Shown here piece after piece: positions 61,060-64,000 of a stretch of DNA of 64,000 nt (its first letter is position 1; the number at the start of each line of letters is the position of its first letter). The notes under the pieces were generated by a model. It saw only the letters and a program-made list of their open reading frames with translations, did not search any database and had not been told where the DNA came from. Made by a program: the position numbers and the translations under genes. Source of the DNA: Anolis carolinensis (taxonomy: Eukaryota); assembly GCF_035594765.1 (NCBI RefSeq), contig NC_085846.1:21563190-21627189 (forward strand), given 5' to 3'.

Positions 61060-62114
61060 GCGAGAAAAACTAAAAGTAATAATCAAGCGCAAGCAAAGAG
61101 AGGGCAGGCAAGGAAGCATAAATAAAAAGCAATAAAATGATTGTACAAAGACATAAAATATAGAAAGCTAGAAGCAAAGCATAGGAGCAAGAATGGAAAA
61201 AAGAAGACCAGAAGGAAGAAAAGAGGAAAAGGAGCCAGAGATAAAGAATGAAGAGCAGCAACCAAAGAAGACGAAGAAAATCAAAAGGTAGAGGAGGAGA
61301 AAAAGGGAAAGAAGAAGAGAGGGAGGAGGATGAAAACAAAAAAGAAGAACAGGAGAAGGCAGAAGAGGAGGAAAAGGAAGAGGAGGAGGAGAAAAGGAGA
61401 AGGAGAGAAAGAAAGAAAGGACGATGGGGGTGAAAGGTAGAAGAAGAGTCCAGAAAGAAGAAAAAGAACAAGAAGCAGAGGCACACAAGAAGACAGAGAA
61501 GGGGAAGAAAGAAGAAGAAGAACTAGGATCAAAAACCAGAAGGAGGATGGAAGGAAAAGTGGGAAAGAAGAAGAAGAGAAAGAGGAATAGGATCCAAGGA
61601 AGAGGAAAAGGATGAAGAAAAGGAAGAGGAGCAGGAGAGGGAAAGCATAGCAGGTTAAACCACCAGCTTCAGTAAATCTTATCAATCAAAAGGTTGACGG
61701 TTTGAAGCCTGGGTTAGGGTGAGCTCCTGGCCTTTAGCCCAGTTTCTGCCTATCAGTTCAAAAGCAAAATGTGAGTAGATAAATAGGTACCACTTAAAAG
61801 CGGGGAGGTATTAAGGCACCCATAAGGATATGCCAGAAAAATGTGATCAAGGAGGAAGTTTACGAACAAAGCTCTTTGGCTGCGAGATGTAGCAACAGCA
61901 CCCCCTCCCGCAATGGCTGAAACTGAGTACAAGCCTCCAAGATGCAAAAGATGGGAAAAGCCTATATATACCTCTATCTAAGTACAATTTTCTGTCTTGT
62001 CAGTGTATATATGTCATTGAATATTTGCTGCATATGCATGTTCTGTGATCTGCCCTGAGTCAACTTTGGGGTGAAAAGGGAGGAATATAAATATTGTAAA
62101 TAAATTTTAAAAAG

Positions 62115-62181
<67 letters not shown>

Positions 62182-63520
62182 GAAGAAGGTGGAGAGGGAG
62201 CAAAAAGATGGAGAAAGGGTGGAGAAAGGGGAAGAGAAAAAAGAACAAGAAACAGGAACACAAGAAAGGAGAGGAATAGCAAAAAGAAGATGAAGAAGTG
62301 GGAGAAAAAGAACAGAAAGAGAAGGGGGAAGAAAAAGAGCAAAGGATGATGTGGAGAAGGAGGAGGTGGAGCAACAGCAGGCAGGTAAGATGAAAAGAAT
62401 GAAGAGGAGGAGAAAAAGGGAGTATGAAGAAAAATGGAGGAAAAATAGGAATAGTAAGGAAAAAAGGAGAAGCCAAAGAAGAGGAGGAATAAGAATATGG
62501 GGAGGGAGAAAAAGTTCAAGAGGCTGAAGAAAAAAAAACAGGATAAGAATAATATGGAGATGATAGAAGAAGAACAGCAGGAGGAAGAAGAAAAGAACAG
62601 AATTAGAGGAGGAAAAAGTAGAGAATGACAAGAAGAAAGAGAGGGTGAGAATAGGAGGAGTAGGAAGAAAAGAAGGAGAGGAGGAATAAAAAGGCACCAA
62701 AGTAAATGAAGAATAAGAAGAGGAGGAAGGAGAAGAAGGAGGAGGAATGGAAATAAGGAGCAGAAGGAAATAAAGAACAAGAGGAAGAAGGAAGAAAAGT
62801 CAAGAAAAAAAGGAGAAGAGGAGGAGGAAATAAAAACAAGGAGCAAAAGGAAATGAAGTACAAGAGGAAAAGGAGGAAGGAGAAGAATCCAAGGAAGAGG
62901 AAGAAGAGAAAACAGAAGGAAAAGAAAAAATAAAAAGAAGGAGAAGAAGGAAATAGAAAACAAGAGGAAGAGGAGGAATGAAGAGAATAAAAAGTCACGA
63001 AAGAGAGAGAAGGAAAAGAAAGAATAAAAAGAAATAACAGAAAGAAATGGAGAACAAGAGAAAGAGGAGGAATGAAGAAAAAGTCACGGAAGAGTGAGAA
63101 GGAAGAAAGGTTAGAGAAGGATGAAGTGAGAAGGGAAGAGGAGAAGGAAGAAGAAGAGTAGGAGGAGAAAAGAAGAAGAAAAAAGAAAATAGGAGATTGT
63201 CAATGAAGAGTAGGGAAAGAAGAACAGAGTGGGAGTAGGAGGAGGAAGTAGAGGAGATGGCAGAACAGGAAAAAAGAGGAATAGAAGGAGAATAGAGAGG
63301 AGAAGGAGGAAGAGGAAGATGGACAGGAGAACAAGTGAAAGAAGTGGATGAGGAGAAGGCCATTGAACGAGAAGGAAGAGATGACATGAAAGTAGTAGTA
63401 GGAAAAACAGGAAGAAGAAGAGGAAATTAAAAAAGAAGAGGAGAACGAATAAAAAGAAGGAACTAAAGGAAAGGAAGAACAAGAGAAAGAAGTGAGGAAA
63501 AAGAGGAAGAATTGTTGGAA
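61060..63520 (+). repeat. Purine-rich (GA) low-complexity tract, interrupted by a SINE and a (GT)n(GA)n microsatellite (62118-62181)
   Basis: Plus strand almost all A/G, with stops in all frames. Confidence 0.9.
61645..62105 (+). mobile_element. Sauria-SINE-related element with L2-like tail
   Basis: SINE-like head and gtgagtagataaataggtacc, ending tgatctgccctgagtc..aatataaatattgtaaataaa. Confidence 0.6.
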
Positions 63521-64000
63521 ATGGCAACCTCCCAAGCCTCTCACCATTTATTTGTTAATATATATATTTGCTAGCCTGTATTCTATATGTATGTTGATTT
63601 GTCAGTTTGACTGTACCTCTTTGGTGTGGGAGGGACTATAGGCATGTGATTGTACTGAACATGTTCAGACTCAGGACTCCATTTTGTATTCACTTTTGCA
63701 TCAGACCTCAGTGGAGGTGGATGCAAGTATGTGTTTGGTCTTCAATAAAAGCAGGTGTTTCTGTCCAGACCTCAGTGGAAGTGGGTGCATGTATGTTGCT
63801 GTTTGGACTTCAATATAGAAGTATGCTTATGAACTTCAATAAGTACAAGTATACTTAAAGACTATAGGCTATTGACTAAGAATGATACCCTGTGTACTCA
63901 ACACAGAGAAACTACATCCTACATAACTGAACTTCAATAAGAAATGTGCCTGTATGATGAATGAATCCAAGATGTTGTGAGTAAACAAGATATGTTATTT

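Noticed and set aside
61070-63547. Long Phe/Leu/Ser-rich minus-strand ORFs (up to 329 aa) resembling membrane proteins
   Set aside because: Artefact of a polypyrimidine strand that lacks stop codons.

Overview
Eukaryotic genomic DNA from a squamate reptile, very likely Anolis, judged from the Sauria SINEs and CR1/L2/Vingi/Penelope, hAT, Tc1-mariner and Helitron repeats. Genes are intron-split, so most ORF-track entries are spurious; exons were reconstructed by hand from GT/AG sites and phase. Genes: two tandem SLC27A2/A5-type acyl-CoA synthetase/FATP genes on + (copy 1 lacks exon 1 in the window, copy 2 is complete, 619 aa); one intact solitary olfactory receptor (-); a 3-exon ~300-aa gene fusing an NLRP3-like pyrin domain directly to a PRY-SPRY/B30.2 domain, with a triple IRF/ISRE-type element ~3 kb upstream (-); THAP7 (-, 301 aa) with a CpG-island promoter; and a decayed V2R vomeronasal receptor 7TM exon (+). 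The best novelty candidate is the PYD-B30.2 'mini-pyrin', a possible exon-shuffled, interferon-inducible inflammasome sensor or regulator. Intron 3 of SLC27 copy 1 is a nested transposon pile: a Copia pol fragment interrupted by a palindromic GC-rich hAT element, then a solo LTR whose AATAAA is split by a Helitron. Two assembly gaps (31265-31466, 60542-60766).
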